64,000 bases of DNA, taken from contig NC_087252.1 of NCBI RefSeq assembly GCF_037042905.1, positions 3,846,001-3,910,000 on the forward strand, in the 5' to 3' direction. The notes below the pieces were generated by a model, which ran no database searches, was not told the origin of the DNA, and worked only from the letters and a program-made list of their open reading frames with translations. Every line of letters begins with the position of its first letter. Positions within the stretch are counted from its first letter, which is position 1. Below are positions 25,919-38,001 of this stretch, piece after piece. A program made the position numbers and the translations under genes. This stretch comes from Lytechinus pictus. Lineage: Eukaryota.

Positions 25919-26524
25919 CTTCTTGTTTTTGTAGATCAAAATCAACTTCATTCTGTTCATCTTCCGGTTCTGTCTTGATGGTGAACGTCGGAGGATGGGA
26001 GATGTCCAAACTATTCTCACCAGCAGACGATGGTGTGGCCGACTCCTCTTCCTTGACGATGAATTGAAAGGTGACTGATGAAAACAAAGCTTCTGATTGG
26101 GAATGTAAGTCACTGTTCTCCAATTCTTGTTTGATTTGTGGTTGGACAGTTCCTACACCCCTAGGAATTGGAGTCTGCATTGGGGTTAGAGTCTCTATTT
26201 CTTCCTTTGGGCTCATGTTTCCTGAAAACATTGAATCTGATTGGGAATCTACATGTAAGTCACTGTTCTCCACTTCTTGTTTGATTTGCAGTTGTAAAGT
26301 TCCTATTTCCCCAGAATTTGAAGACTGCATCAGGATTAAAGTCTCTATCTCTTGCTTTGGGCTTATGTTTCTTGAGAATATTGAATCTGATTGGGAATGT
26401 AACTCATTCATTCCCACTTCTTCCTTGATTTGTGGTTGGTCGGTGGTTCCAATTTCGTCAGGACTTGACAACTGCAGAGGGTTCATGGTCTCCATCTCTG
26501 CATTTTGCTTAAGGATCAAGATTC
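25919..26524 (-). CDS. Upstream (constant) coding exon of the zinc-finger locus; acidic Q/S/E-rich region with internal repeats and psi-K-x-E motifs
   Basis: Inside ORF 25884-26564; acceptor tgtttgtattttcag|GAATC at 26524; donor CAAGAAG|gtacct at 25919 (phase 1). G+GA gives Gly in frame with all finger blocks. Confidence 0.75.
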
Positions 26525-27049
26525 CTGAAAATACAAACAGCACAAGAATTAAAGTGATTGGCAAAACTATTGTACTCCATCTCTATTCTCATTTCTATTA
26601 AAGATTAGTGTTCATGGAAATTCAGATTAATGTATGCACCATGGAGGTCAAACATTTACCTCATACTTATGGCAATTTCATACAAACTCTTAATCTGCCA
26701 AAAACAGAATCTTCCCTATCTTAGAAATGCTTGTCAAATCATTGGTTTGTACAAGAGACTATTTATGCTCATTGGGCTAATTTCTAATCCTCAGGTTGAT
26801 TATCAAACAGTGGGTTTTTTTTTTCTTACAAAAAAAAACAGATAGATCTTGTAGATCTACATTATATCACCCAAAACAAATATAAATGCGTTTACATGTA
26901 GATCTATGCAAATTTCCTTACCAGGGGGGTGTTTCACAATGATTTATTTATGACTTAGTTAGAGTCACACCAACGTGTATATGATTAGCAAAGCGCAATC
27001 TTATTGATCAATACGCAGTAATGCGTGTCATCCTGGCATGATCTGACCA

Positions 27050-27232
27050 ATGTGTGTGTGTATTTGAGTTTTGTCAGGCGTGCATCAATCAGATATGATT
27101 ATTTACGTCTGGGACCGACCTTTAACGTCACCATCCGAAAGACGTGACCAGGGCTCAAACCTCGAACCTCTGCATCAATTTGTAACTTCCCCCACATAGC
27201 TTGGTTTACAGGCGCATGCCACAACGCCCAGT
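27050..27232 (-). mobile_element. SINE-like element with 7SL/Alu-domain-like head and (CA)n end, inserted in a small MITE
   Basis: Minus strand reads ACTGGGCGTTGTGGCATGCGCCTGTAAACCAAGCTATGTGGGGG...GAGGTTCGAGGTTTGAGCCCTGG, then GTCACGTCTTTCGGATGGTGAC..., ending in (CA)n; CAATG occurs on both sides. Confidence 0.6.
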
Positions 27233-28000
27233 TAAACAATGGAATGCGGTCATGCCTTTTATACCACACGCAACTAGACATTAAGTTAATGTAGGTATGT
27301 TACGAAAGCGCCCTCTAGGTGCATTCTGAATGAGGCATTGAGTGTGCTGCCTGTAATTGCAGGTTGACTGTGGGGGCATTGCTTTGTATTGTGTTTGCAT
27401 GTGCAAGGAAAGGTTATTCCCCATGACATCACTGTTTTTATGTAGTTGAATGTTTATGGCAGCTGTCTAGACTTGAAAAAAAACCTCACTCTGTGATCTT
27501 GCGACTGTGTGCTACTGGAACTTTTGCCTTGCTTTCAAACTCTTGCTATTCATATAATAACAGGTATCATCCCACTCTAAAAGGTATTCATTCTGATAGA
27601 ACAGCATTTCAACTACATTGTGGTGAAATTTGAAAGAAATCTACTGACGCTAAGTGTGTTTTTTTATGTCCCTGTTTCGGCGGCGGCTGTAATTTTTGGG
27701 AGTGTTGTTGGGCACTTCCATGTATGCCAATTTATGCGCATTGTTGTTTCTTCTTTAGTGCACCTTGGACTTGATCCCAATTAAGATCACAACTTTTGTT
27801 TTCAAAAACAAAGGAATACATACATGTATAATTGAATAGGCGATTTGTACGAACTAACTTTCTTGTTACTGGGGCTATTGAAATGAATGAGGTATTAAAT
27901 GAAAGGTCTTGATGAGCTCTTAATGATGCTATGAAGCAAACACCTCATTTCTCAATTTTTTTTTTTTTTGTAACCTACCTACATTAAGTGTGACTCTAAC

Positions 28001-28453
28001 CCCGGGGGGGGGGGGGGGGTCGGGGAGGTACTCGGCCAAAAAATAGTAGGTATGTGCCGCGGGCGAGACCAAAAACGGGGGCCTTGGAGCGGGCTTTTTG
28101 TAAAAAGGAGGGTCCTCGGAACGGGCTTCGAAACTACAAATGTTTGTGAAAACGGGGGTCCTTGGAATGGGTCGCCGGGTGCGCAAGCGCAGAGGCGATG
28201 GTCAGACAGCGCTCTGCTGCCGCATTTCACCAAAATTGCGGCTCATTGTAGCAGATCAATACGGACGGAATGGCGTAACGGAAAATATGCGAAGCTTTGT
28301 TGCGGATTTCTTCATTTTTCTCGATAAGAAGAAAATGCTATGCTTTGGAGCGGCTTTCTTTATTCTTTTTCTCAATAAGACAAATGCTATGCCTTCACGG
28401 CACATACCCACCATGCATTATTTATATACTGAGTGCCCCCCCCCCCCCCCGGG
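28001..28453. mobile_element. MITE with CCCGGG(G)n termini and 8-bp TSD
   Basis: Begins CCCGGGGGGG and ends CCCCCCCGGG; ACTCTAAC at 27993-28000 and 28454-28461. Confidence 0.85.
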
Positions 28454-29149
28454 ACTCTAACTAAGTCATACATACTTTAATGATCTTTTTAAAGTGTGTG
28501 CTGTTTACAGCATTGGCATACCATAGTGTTACTGTAGCAGCCCGAACACAATGTACTGTGTTCGGGCTGCGTGGTGTTTCCCCCTGACTCACCAGATGAA
28601 ACCGAGTGAGCATCAGGAATCACAGGAAAAGCAATAAAATTGGACAAAACTGTAATAAAGGAAATCAATACATACTCACAACTTGAGCCGCAATATACAC
28701 GATCATCAAAACTAAGAGATAATGCCCCAAAACTAAGCAAAAACGTCGGAAAAATTTGCCAGTGTGCATTAAAAGTCGTTCGTACAGGAAGCAATGGAGG
28801 ATCGACATAGCCTTTTGACGAGGCAACGAGATAAATTTATTTTTACCACCAAACGGGCAACAAAAAAAAGATAAAAGAGAATAAAACATACTTATAAGAA
28901 ATAAAAAAATAAAAAAATTGGAGATGCGATTTTAGTAAGTTCGTGTTATCATCAGATCCTGCCAATACCACTAATGTCCATATAGAAAATACAACAGAAG
29001 GCCCCAACAAAAGGCTATCATTTGATGCGTCGGAGAGATTGTTATGAATATTCATGAGTCTAGTTCCGTAAATTCTTGCTTCTCCCTTTTCCAGTCAACA
29101 TGACTATTTTAGCTACGGCTTTGGTTTTTTTCTTTGAAAGAAATAAACA

Positions 29150-29460
29150 TATTTTCGTTTGAATTATTTGTTTTTCTTTCTTTTTTTTCTCCTCCATTCT
29201 TTTCTTTTCTTCTGTAACTGTTTTATTTTCTTTTCCCCCCTGTTTTTATTCTTTTTATTTTGTTCCTCTACCTTCTTTTCATTTTTTTTGTCGGTTTTCT
29301 TTTCTTTCTTCCCTTCTTTTGTTCTTCTCTTTTGCCTTTTGCTCTTTTTTCTCTTTTCTTTTGTTTTCTTCTTCGTCATTTTTCTTCTGTTCTTTTTTTT
29401 TTCTCTAATTTTCTTCTTGTCTTTATCCTCTCTTTTTCTTCTTTGTTTTCGAGAGATTAT
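29150..29460. repeat. T/C-rich low-complexity tract
   Basis: Nearly pure polypyrimidine sequence. Confidence 0.9.
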
Positions 29461-29569
29461 GCACATGGTGTCGTACTACAAGTTTTTTCTTAATTATTAT
29501 TATTATTGGAAACTGTATAGATATAGGTAAATAAACAAGTGAAGAAATAAATGAACACTCATATATTAA

Positions 29570-30749
29570 AGGTAAATTCCAGTTCTGGTAACGATCTCAA
29601 AATGACTTTTTACAGAATCTAATATAATGACCACTCAAGTGTCTGTTTGTATGAATAAAAAATATGTGCCAAAGGATTCTGGAAGAAATTGTGTAATTGC
29701 TGAGAAATAAGCAAAATAAGCGCGGATTCGGTCACTTCCGTCGGGTCTTTATTCCAGCAATAATAATACACTGTCCCACATGTGCCTATCTGTGTTGGCG
29801 ATCTTCAGTGTGATCGTATTTCAGCTTAGATCTTATGATTTCACAAAGTTCAGTTTATGTAACTGTACACATCTAGATCCACAACGATATTATAGTCATA
29901 CTTAACCTTGGTTTTACAGACTTTCTCACGAAATTAGTGTATTACTGCACCTATGAGTACATTACCGCCGCCGTCCACAGGATAACCACTTGCACTGCAC
30001 TTAAAATGCCTTTCGGGCTATATATTTTAAATTAGCAATATATATGGATTTAAGATCAGATAAGCTTTGGATATGAAACTTACAAAACGATATGAAGCCA
30101 ATTTCAATTCCTCTCTGTCTTTCTGGTACTTTATATCGATGATTTTTCTTGATGTCGAAGCAGGCATGGCCCCGATTCGCTGGTTCTCTCTATACGCACA
30201 GAGAGGGCGCGCGATATTATTTAATAAACTTGCTTGTTTACGTCGTTAACGTCAGATCAGCTGTACTGCTGGCTGCGTTCTAGGCGCTCCGCATTTTTTT
30301 CGCTGTTCAGCGTTATTTTATGATGTAGCGCCATCAGCGATTATACGTGACATGCAACCTGTTGATTTTTGGTACAATTTCCTATTATGCGCCGGCGACT
30401 TGAATCTAGACTGTTCGATAGGAAAAATTCGCATTTCGATTGTTGTTTGCGTAATTTCCACCGCAGTATTAAGGATCGGACGGAGTAGCTGGCTGAGATT
30501 TGGAGGTAAGCGTTTAAAATCCATTTTTATAGATAAGTTCGTGCTGATTTTTAAAATTAGATTACATTATAAGATTAAGATAACTAAATTTAGTATATTG
30601 TGAAGATTTAGGCGTGTTTCATATTCTCACATTCGTGTGATGAATGAAAACGTCAAAATTCATTATGAAATTACATGCATTGTGCGAGGTTAGTATACTA
30701 ACCTCGCATGTTGTGTGAGTGGTTTTACTGCAACTACAGTAATCTAGCT
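29570..30749. mobile_element. Kolobok-type TTAA MITE interrupted by a ~775-bp insert
   Basis: 29570-29949 is the reverse complement of the copy at 57502-57895; TTAA at 29566-29569 and 30750-30753; terminal piece resumes at ~30725. Confidence 0.7.
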
Positions 30750-32552
30750 TTAAAGGAATATATTCGTTGATCAAAATTATTGAATGATCAGCAAATCATC
30801 TCTTTAATATATTGATGCCTATTTTCTGGAACCCTGCAGCCTCTGAAAGGCCTGTGCTGGCTTAGCCTAGAGGACTCCGTGATGTAAAATGATTTTAAAA
30901 ATATCAACACGGAGTCATATGCTGGCTCCCACATATTTTTTTTTTCTCTCTCTCTCTTGTTATGTTTTCCATTTTGTTTATTTTGTATACTGTGCATGTA
31001 TCCTTAGTTTCAATTTGAATTTTATGTTGTATGTTTTAATGAGAATTTAAAATAAATAAATGAAATGAAAATATATGCAAATCTCATTATCATCCAACAA
31101 CCATTTTCATACATGCCTATTTCAATATTAATTTGTATTATGTTTGAACGGAGATCATAAGGTAGAGTATAGAATCATGAAATATGACTATAATTTATAA
31201 GTTTGTTTAGATTAATATGTTATCTTTCATCTTGTTGGCATTTGTTAAGCTTCAATCATTGAGTATATAAATCTCTGTGGGATATGTATAGGCCTATAAT
31301 TAATAAGAATTGAGTTGCTCATTGTAGGACCGTAAAGTCGCCGCGAATCTTGCTTGTCTGATTGGTTTCCTGGCGTCTAAGAGGCTTTTTTTTTCTAAAA
31401 ACGAAAAGTTCTCTCCTTTTACCCAGTCTCGATAGGCCATTTTTGATATGAATCATAACAAAATGGCCGATCGAGACTGGGGTAGGAGAGAACTTTTCGT
31501 TTTTTTGAGGTTCCAGTCTGTGCCTCGATGTCAGGATTCTACCACTCGATAGACCTTCATCCATATAATTGTGGTAAGTGCATAATTTCTGTTTTCACAA
31601 TTTATCTTGCTAGATATTTTGACCATAATCTACCCTTGTCCCGTGAGTATGGGTAAATACACGGTGAGCTCCTAGGCGCCGGCCCGCTTTGCGGGCCGGC
31701 GCTCCCTGGGTTAGGCCTCTGCAAGGTCACACTCACCATGTGGTAATCTCTTCAAATTACCCGCGCCTGTTGGTTTGAAAACATTATTCAGCCAATCAGA
31801 ACTCTGGATTTTATGTAACTCAGAAATTTCAGAAATCTCGTCTTGCATCTTGATGGAAAAAGCTGGCTGCTGACCCATCTAAAAGATGCCACATATCGAG
31901 AGTGACATTGAATGTAAGAAAGTATAGAGTTTGAGCTTTCTGATGATATAAATTATGTTTGTGCCTAAAACACAAAATGTTGCACAATTTCATGAATTTG
32001 CAAGTGAAAACAGAGGAAGAAAACTCTGTTTGATGCATCTTTTCAGGTACAAAATTCACTTATTTATCAAAATATTTTATTCACAAAAAATTACTAATAT
32101 AAAGGAATAACATTTACTGTTTCCCATGGTACAAAAATAATCAATATTACTCAAGAGAAAGTGGTTAAATTCTTTAGTTTGAGAAAGAAAGTCTCACAAT
32201 TCACGAGATTTTGCAGGGACATGAATTAAGCCGCGAGAGGACTTGGATAAATCTTGCTCATTTGCTCATTAAAACAGGGGCTTGCCGACTGACTGTACTC
32301 GTTAGATTTTTAATTGATTATGATCATCGGTTTTTTAATGCCAAACATCGCGAATTTTTGTACTCTGGTGATAATTATAAATGAGTGGTGGCATTCATTC
32401 AGCCTTTTTCAGGACCTCGACACTGTCTGAAGACGTGTCGAGGTCCCCGGGGCAAACCATAGTCCTACCTGTAGATTCCCCCACAGGCAGGATGTTTGCA
32501 GTGAGGAGGTGGGCTAGTAGTAACTTAAGCCTTAGTGTAACTTAGTTTAAGG

Positions 32553-33333
32553 TAATGTTGTAACCCGCAAGTGAAAACCCGAACCGTACCGTCCCGTATA
32601 ATCCAATAATTTGCAAGCGGGACCCGCTGACCCGTCGGGTTTTAACCCGCAAGTCAATTTATCTTTGAAAAATAAAAATTATTTCTGCAATCCCCACACT
32701 ATACAGGCTCAAATCAGGAAAATATATGCCAACTACTAACCTAGCCTAGAGTGAATTTACTTACAATTTGCAAATTCGCCTTTTATTCCGGAGAGAAAAT
32801 GTTTTTTTGGGTGACTTTGTACCACGAAATGGGTCCGCTCTGATCTCGAAATTGAAAGCATTGCGCAATTAACTCCTCAGATCGGAGCCGCAGCTCAGCG
32901 CGCGCTAGCTAGCCCAGGCTGCATAGCAAAGATCGGCAATGTTGTTTTTCAGTCCAGGACAGTCGACACGGCGACTCACAACAATAATAATTACAATACG
33001 GGGAATAACTCATCGGTAACGTATATTTTCGATATTTTATAGATTTTACATCGTATCAATAGAAAGATTAGAGTCTAAAGAAAATAGTGGGCCTTCGTTC
33101 AAGATGATATAATGTCATTTAGAATCTAAAAGAAATGAAAAATCTGGACAAAACCCACCCTCCGAAATGTCGAGCCAGATTACACATGCAGGCTCGCACT
33201 AACACACTACCGTCGGTAAATGGGGATTATAGTAAAATGTCAGAAATTGTTGAATAAATCCCCAGAAACGACGGTTATTCCTGTCTAACCGGCAGGTTAA
33301 CCCGTACCGCAACGGGTGCGGGTTACAACATTA
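32553..33333. mobile_element. hAT-like MITE A (781 bp)
   Basis: Perfect 17-bp TIR TAATGTTGTAACCCGCA / TGCGGGTTACAACATTA; flanked by GTTTAAGG (32545-32552) and GTTTAAG (33334-33340); ACCCG subterminal repeats. Confidence 0.85.
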
Positions 33334-33690
33334 GTTTAAGCAGGGCTCGACACTAGCGCCGGTCCGACGGTCCCAGACCGGTAAAAATCGCTGTCGGGCC
33401 AGTAGATTTTCAGAAATAGGAAGATTTACTGGTCCGACATGACCAGTAAAAAATATCATTGTCGGGACAGTAATTTTTGCAAAAATAGCAAGATTTAAGG
33501 GTCCGACATGACCAGTAATAAAAACCATTGTTGGGCCAATAACTTTTCTAGAAATGGTCAAATTCACTGCAAACCATTTCCCCCCGTTAAATTCTGTCAT
33601 TCACACACAGAATACACACAGAATGAATCGCACGCAAGTGTTACTAAAGTAGCATGCAGTGTACATGTAGCCAGCCACACAACCCACGTG

Positions 33691-35982
33691 CAGAGATGCC
33701 AACCGTTACGTTTTTGCCGTATTTGTTACGTTTTTTCACCCAAAATACGGCGTTACTTTTTTTCTTTGTAAAATACGTTTTCTTAAGATTTCGATCGTGT
33801 CCAATATGCATTGTGTTTAGCTAGCTGGGTGTTTAAGGTGAGTGTGCATTACGATAGGTAGTGCGGTAAAGAATTACGCATAAAAAATCCCCAATGTGGT
33901 GGTGTTTTGTGCAGGGCATAAATTAAGGTATACCATAAAATTAATCGACGGCCAGGCCGTCGATGCCCCTATAACTGTCCGTGATGCCTTTACAAAAAGT
34001 GATCAATTCACGGCCAAAAAGGCTGTGCCCTTTTTTTCTACCTGGCCGACGTGCCCTTTTCAAAACTGGTCATGCCCTTTCTCAGTGTAAGATTAAAGTT
34101 TACAAAGTTCTCCGATATTTCACAAGCAAAAATACAGAAGAGAGAGAGAAAAAACAAAGTTAAAAACTAACTCAGATCAATTCAAACTGCAAGCCATTTC
34201 CCGTGATTTTCTGGGATCTACACACAGACACACACACACACGCAAAGTTAGCATACAGTGTACATGTACCAGCTGCCGCACGTGGCTTGGCCTGCCTGCC
34301 TGTGTGGTGTGTGGCAGGCTTGCGTGATCGGAGGAGATTTGCAAACTCTAAATCAAAGTGAACAATCTCACATGATTAATAGTTTTTCCAACAAAATAAT
34401 CACAAAATCGGCAGGACGTTTTTATAATTACATATAATTATATGGATCCTCAGATTAATGATTTGGTGATGTAGTCGTAGGAGCAAGTTATCGAGTTTTC
34501 ATTACTAGTTCGGTCTAGTTGTTTCAGCTTTTGTTTTGAGTGAAATTGAGTCTTATCGTGTTCGCACCGATAACAAGACAAGATTGGGAAGAGAGATGGT
34601 GCGATGCCGCGATGTTCATTTTATTAAGGTTTGACAATGTTTCACTTTGAAATTTTATTCGTTTCTAAAACATGTTAGTTTTCTAACAATTTTTAAATAT
34701 ATTATAAAAAAGACAATTATCAGTAAGATTTTTGTTACATGATTACATTTGTTTTGTTTGCTTAAAGCTGGAATTTTTTTCCTCTTTAATTCTTTCTTCA
34801 TTTCTTTCTTTATTGCTTTCTTTCGTTCATTTTCTTTCTTTTCTATCTTTTTTTCTTCATCCTTTCTTCTATCCTTCCTGCTTGCTTTTTTGTTCTATCT
34901 TATTTCAAATCTCTCCTAGCTTTCTTTCCTGATCCTTTCTCTCTCTCTGTTCATTTTTTGTTCTTCCCTTCCTTTTCTTATTTTCCTTTTATTTCCTTTC
35001 TCCTTTCTTTCCTTATTTTTTTTTTGTTCCCTTCCTCTTCTCTTTTCATTCTTTCTGTCATTCCCTCTTTCTTCTTTTCTTTCATTCTTTTCTTGCTTTC
35101 ACTCTCTCTTTCGCTTCATTCATTCTTTCCTTCCTTTTCTTTTCCTTTCCCTTATTCTTTCTTATCTTCCTTCCTGATTTTTTCTCTTTCTTTTTCTTTT
35201 TCCATTCCTTCTTTCTCCATCCTATCTTTTCTAAATTCGCTTTTCCATACCATCTATATTTATTTCTTATTATTTCCTAGATTTCCTTGCTTTTTTCTGT
35301 GTTCATTTATTTTCTTCATTCTTTCCTTCTTTACATGTCCCTCATTGTTTTTCTTTCTTTCTCTTACTTTCCTTTTTTTTTTTTTTTTCTTTCATTCTTT
35401 CATTTCTTAAAATTGTCTTTGCATCCTTTTCCCTTCCTCTCCCTTTTTTTTTCTTTCTCTCCTATTATTTTCTTTCTTTTTTATTCTTTCCTTCCTCTCT
35501 TTCATCCTTTATTTCATTCTTTTTCCTTTTTGCTATTCCCTTCCTTCCTTTCTCCCTCCCTTTCTGTTTTCTTCTTTCTTTTTCTCAAGGAATGAAAAAA
35601 AATTTCATTCCTTCATTCATCCTCCATGTTTTTTCTTTTCCTTTCTTTCGTTTAAACATTCATTCATCATCCCTTCCTTTCTTTTTCTTTCCTCTTTTCT
35701 TTTTTATTTATTTCAAAGAATGAAGGAAACCTTTCTTCTTTCCTTTATTATTTCTTTCATCCTTCTTTTATTCTAACTTTCTTTCTTTTTTCCTTCATTT
35801 TCTTTAATTCATTTTTTCTTTGTTTCTTTTATAATTATTTTCAGTGATTCCCTTTTTTTATTTTGTGCCACGGTTCGGTCGTTTTGCTTCGTTATATTTT
35901 ACAAAATACTTTTTTTTAAATCAAAATACTGTTTTTTTCCTCTCAGAATACTGTTTTTGCTTTTTGGAGGTTGGCATCTCTG
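33691..35982. mobile_element. Nested hAT-like element C with 6-bp TSD
   Basis: Perfect 14-bp TIR CAGAGATGCCAACC / GGTTGGCATCTCTG; CACGTG at 33685-33690 and 35983-35988. Confidence 0.85.
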
Positions 35983-37330
35983 CACGTGGTAAATTCTCTA
36001 CTGGCTGCGCGAACGAAGCTTGGCTAAACTCTGGCAGAAATCTCTCACAGAACTGTCAAAATTCACGATTCATACTCATGAAAGGCTCTTATAATGTCCA
36101 TATTTCCTAAAATTTGGAGTAACTCTGTCATTTGTAAGCAGTAAAAGGAGAAATTTTCACTTCTGTTTTGGTTCAAACAGATCGGGTTTCGGGTGATATT
36201 GTCTGAATACATAATAGCCCCACATATGCATTTATGTGTGTGTGTTGATACACTTGGTTTCTTTCTTTCTTTCGTAGCTATTTTAATTGAGCCAAAAGAA
36301 ACTGATAAATTATTTGATAGTTTTAGCTTTCTTCTTCTGTTTTCTTCCTATCTTTCTTTCCTTATTTCTTTTAAATCTTTCTTTGTTTCTTCCCTCTCTT
36401 CTTTCAATTTTTTTTCTTTAATTCGTTCTTTCTATCCTTTTTAATAATATTTTTCTCTATTTCTTTTTTCTCTCTCTCTTTCTTTCTTTCTTTTTTGTGT
36501 GTGATATTTTCCTTTCTTTAATTCTTGAGTCCATCCATCCTATATTCATCTCTTCTCTTCTTCCTTTCTTTCCTTCCTTCTTTTTACCCTTTTCTTTCCT
36601 TCATTCTTTGTTACTTTCTTTGTTTCTTCCTTCCATCCATCCATCATTTATTTACCCTTTCTTTTTTCTTCCTTCTTTCAGCCCTCTCTCTCTTAAATTC
36701 ATTCCTTCCTTTCGTCTGTCTTGTTCTTTCCTTTTTCCCTAAAAGTTGTTAAATCTATCCTTTTACCTTCCCTTTTTTTTGACTGCTTGCTTCCTTTCTC
36801 TCCTTTATTCTTCCATTCCTTCCTTTCTTTGTCTCTCAGTCCTTCTTTTTTCTCCCTTTCATCTTTTCTTTTTTTATATTGCTTGCTTCTTTCCTTCCCT
36901 TCCTTCATTTCTTTCCTTCTGTCTATCATTTAACCTTTCCTTTATTTCTTCCTTAATTCCTTTCTTCCTTCTTTCAATCCTTCCTTCCTCTCTTTCTTTC
37001 TTTTGTCCTTCTTTCCATCTCTCCTTTTACCCTTTATTTTTGTATTGCTTCTTTCTTTCCTTTACTACTTTCTGGATTTGTTCTTTCTTTCTGTATTGCT
37101 TGCTTCATTTCTTTCCTTCATTTCTTTTTTCTTTTCTTTCTTTCTTATTTTTGTTCCTTCTTTACTCCTTCCTTCCTTTCCTTCTTTAGTTCTTTCTTTT
37201 TTTCCCTTCCTTCACATCTATCCTTTCTTTACCTTTTCTTTTTTTTTCTTCCTTCCTTCCTTTCTTTTATTCTTTCTTTCCTTTCTTTCTTCGTTTCTGT
37301 CTTGCTTTCTTTTTGTCCTTCGTTCCTTCA
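34780..37330. repeat. Long polypyrimidine (CT-rich) low-complexity tracts (~34780-35840 and ~36300-37330)
   Basis: Base composition; source of the spurious F/L/S-rich and K/R/E-rich ORFs. Confidence 0.9.
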
Positions 37331-37535
37331 TTTTATTTGGGGGGGGGGGGTAACAAAATGCTAGAAAAATAAAATTGCGCCTTTTTTAATGTTTTCTTTA
37401 TTTTTTGGGACCAGTAGATTTTAGGTTCGGACCAGTAAAAATTTGAAAAACTGGGTATCTACTGGTCCGACATGAATAGGTTGGACCAGTAGAAAAAAAT
37501 GGGTTAGTGTGGAGCCCTGGTTTAAGGCAAGCTAA

Positions 37536-38001
37536 GGGCGCACACCACTAATAGGATCCGGCAATTTCGGGAATCCCCTTTAGACCCGTACCTAAAATGA
37601 CGTAATGGTTGGAAAAATATTCATATAAAATCAACGGTGCATATCTCAGCAATTTTTTTCATATGGGCATAGAGAGGGATTACTACTGGATCTGTTCAGT
37701 CCCATGGGAGAGCAGTAATTTGTCAATGCTAGATTTTATGGGACCTTAATTAGTTGCCCAAGAAACCCTGTGAGCACTGTGACTGCAACCAAGTTTGCAC
37801 GTAGTCTTGGTTTGAGCCCCTGTAGCGCGAAAAAATATTGAAAAACACCCTTTCATATCTTTAGCATTTGAAGGATATTGGATACACTACCAAATGATAA
37901 AGGTGTGGATGATGTCATTTCTAAGACTTATTTTTGGCGATTTTTTCAAATCTCATTTTTAACACATGAGTCTATGGGGAAATAGTTAGTGGTGTGTGCC
38001 C
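37536..38001 (+). repeat. Left long direct repeat (LDR, 466 bp)
   Basis: Starts GGGCGCACACCACTAA and ends TTAGTGGTGTGTGCCC; one substitution seen by eye against the right copy. Confidence 0.95.

Larger units (their letters stand above)
33341..37519. mobile_element. hAT-like non-autonomous element B (4.2 kb including nested element C and T/C-rich tracts)
   Basis: TIR CAGGGCTCGACACTA / TAGTGTGGAGCCCTG; GTTTAAG on both sides; GGTCCGAC and ACCAGTA subterminal repeats at both ends. Confidence 0.85.

Noticed and set aside
26071..26601. 176-aa plus-strand ORF
   Set aside because: Antisense shadow of the repeat-containing constant exon.
29159..37353. F/L/S-rich and K/R/E-rich ORFs resembling membrane or basic proteins
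   Set aside because: Translations of polypyrimidine low-complexity tracts (also 52972-53338 and 55060-55245).
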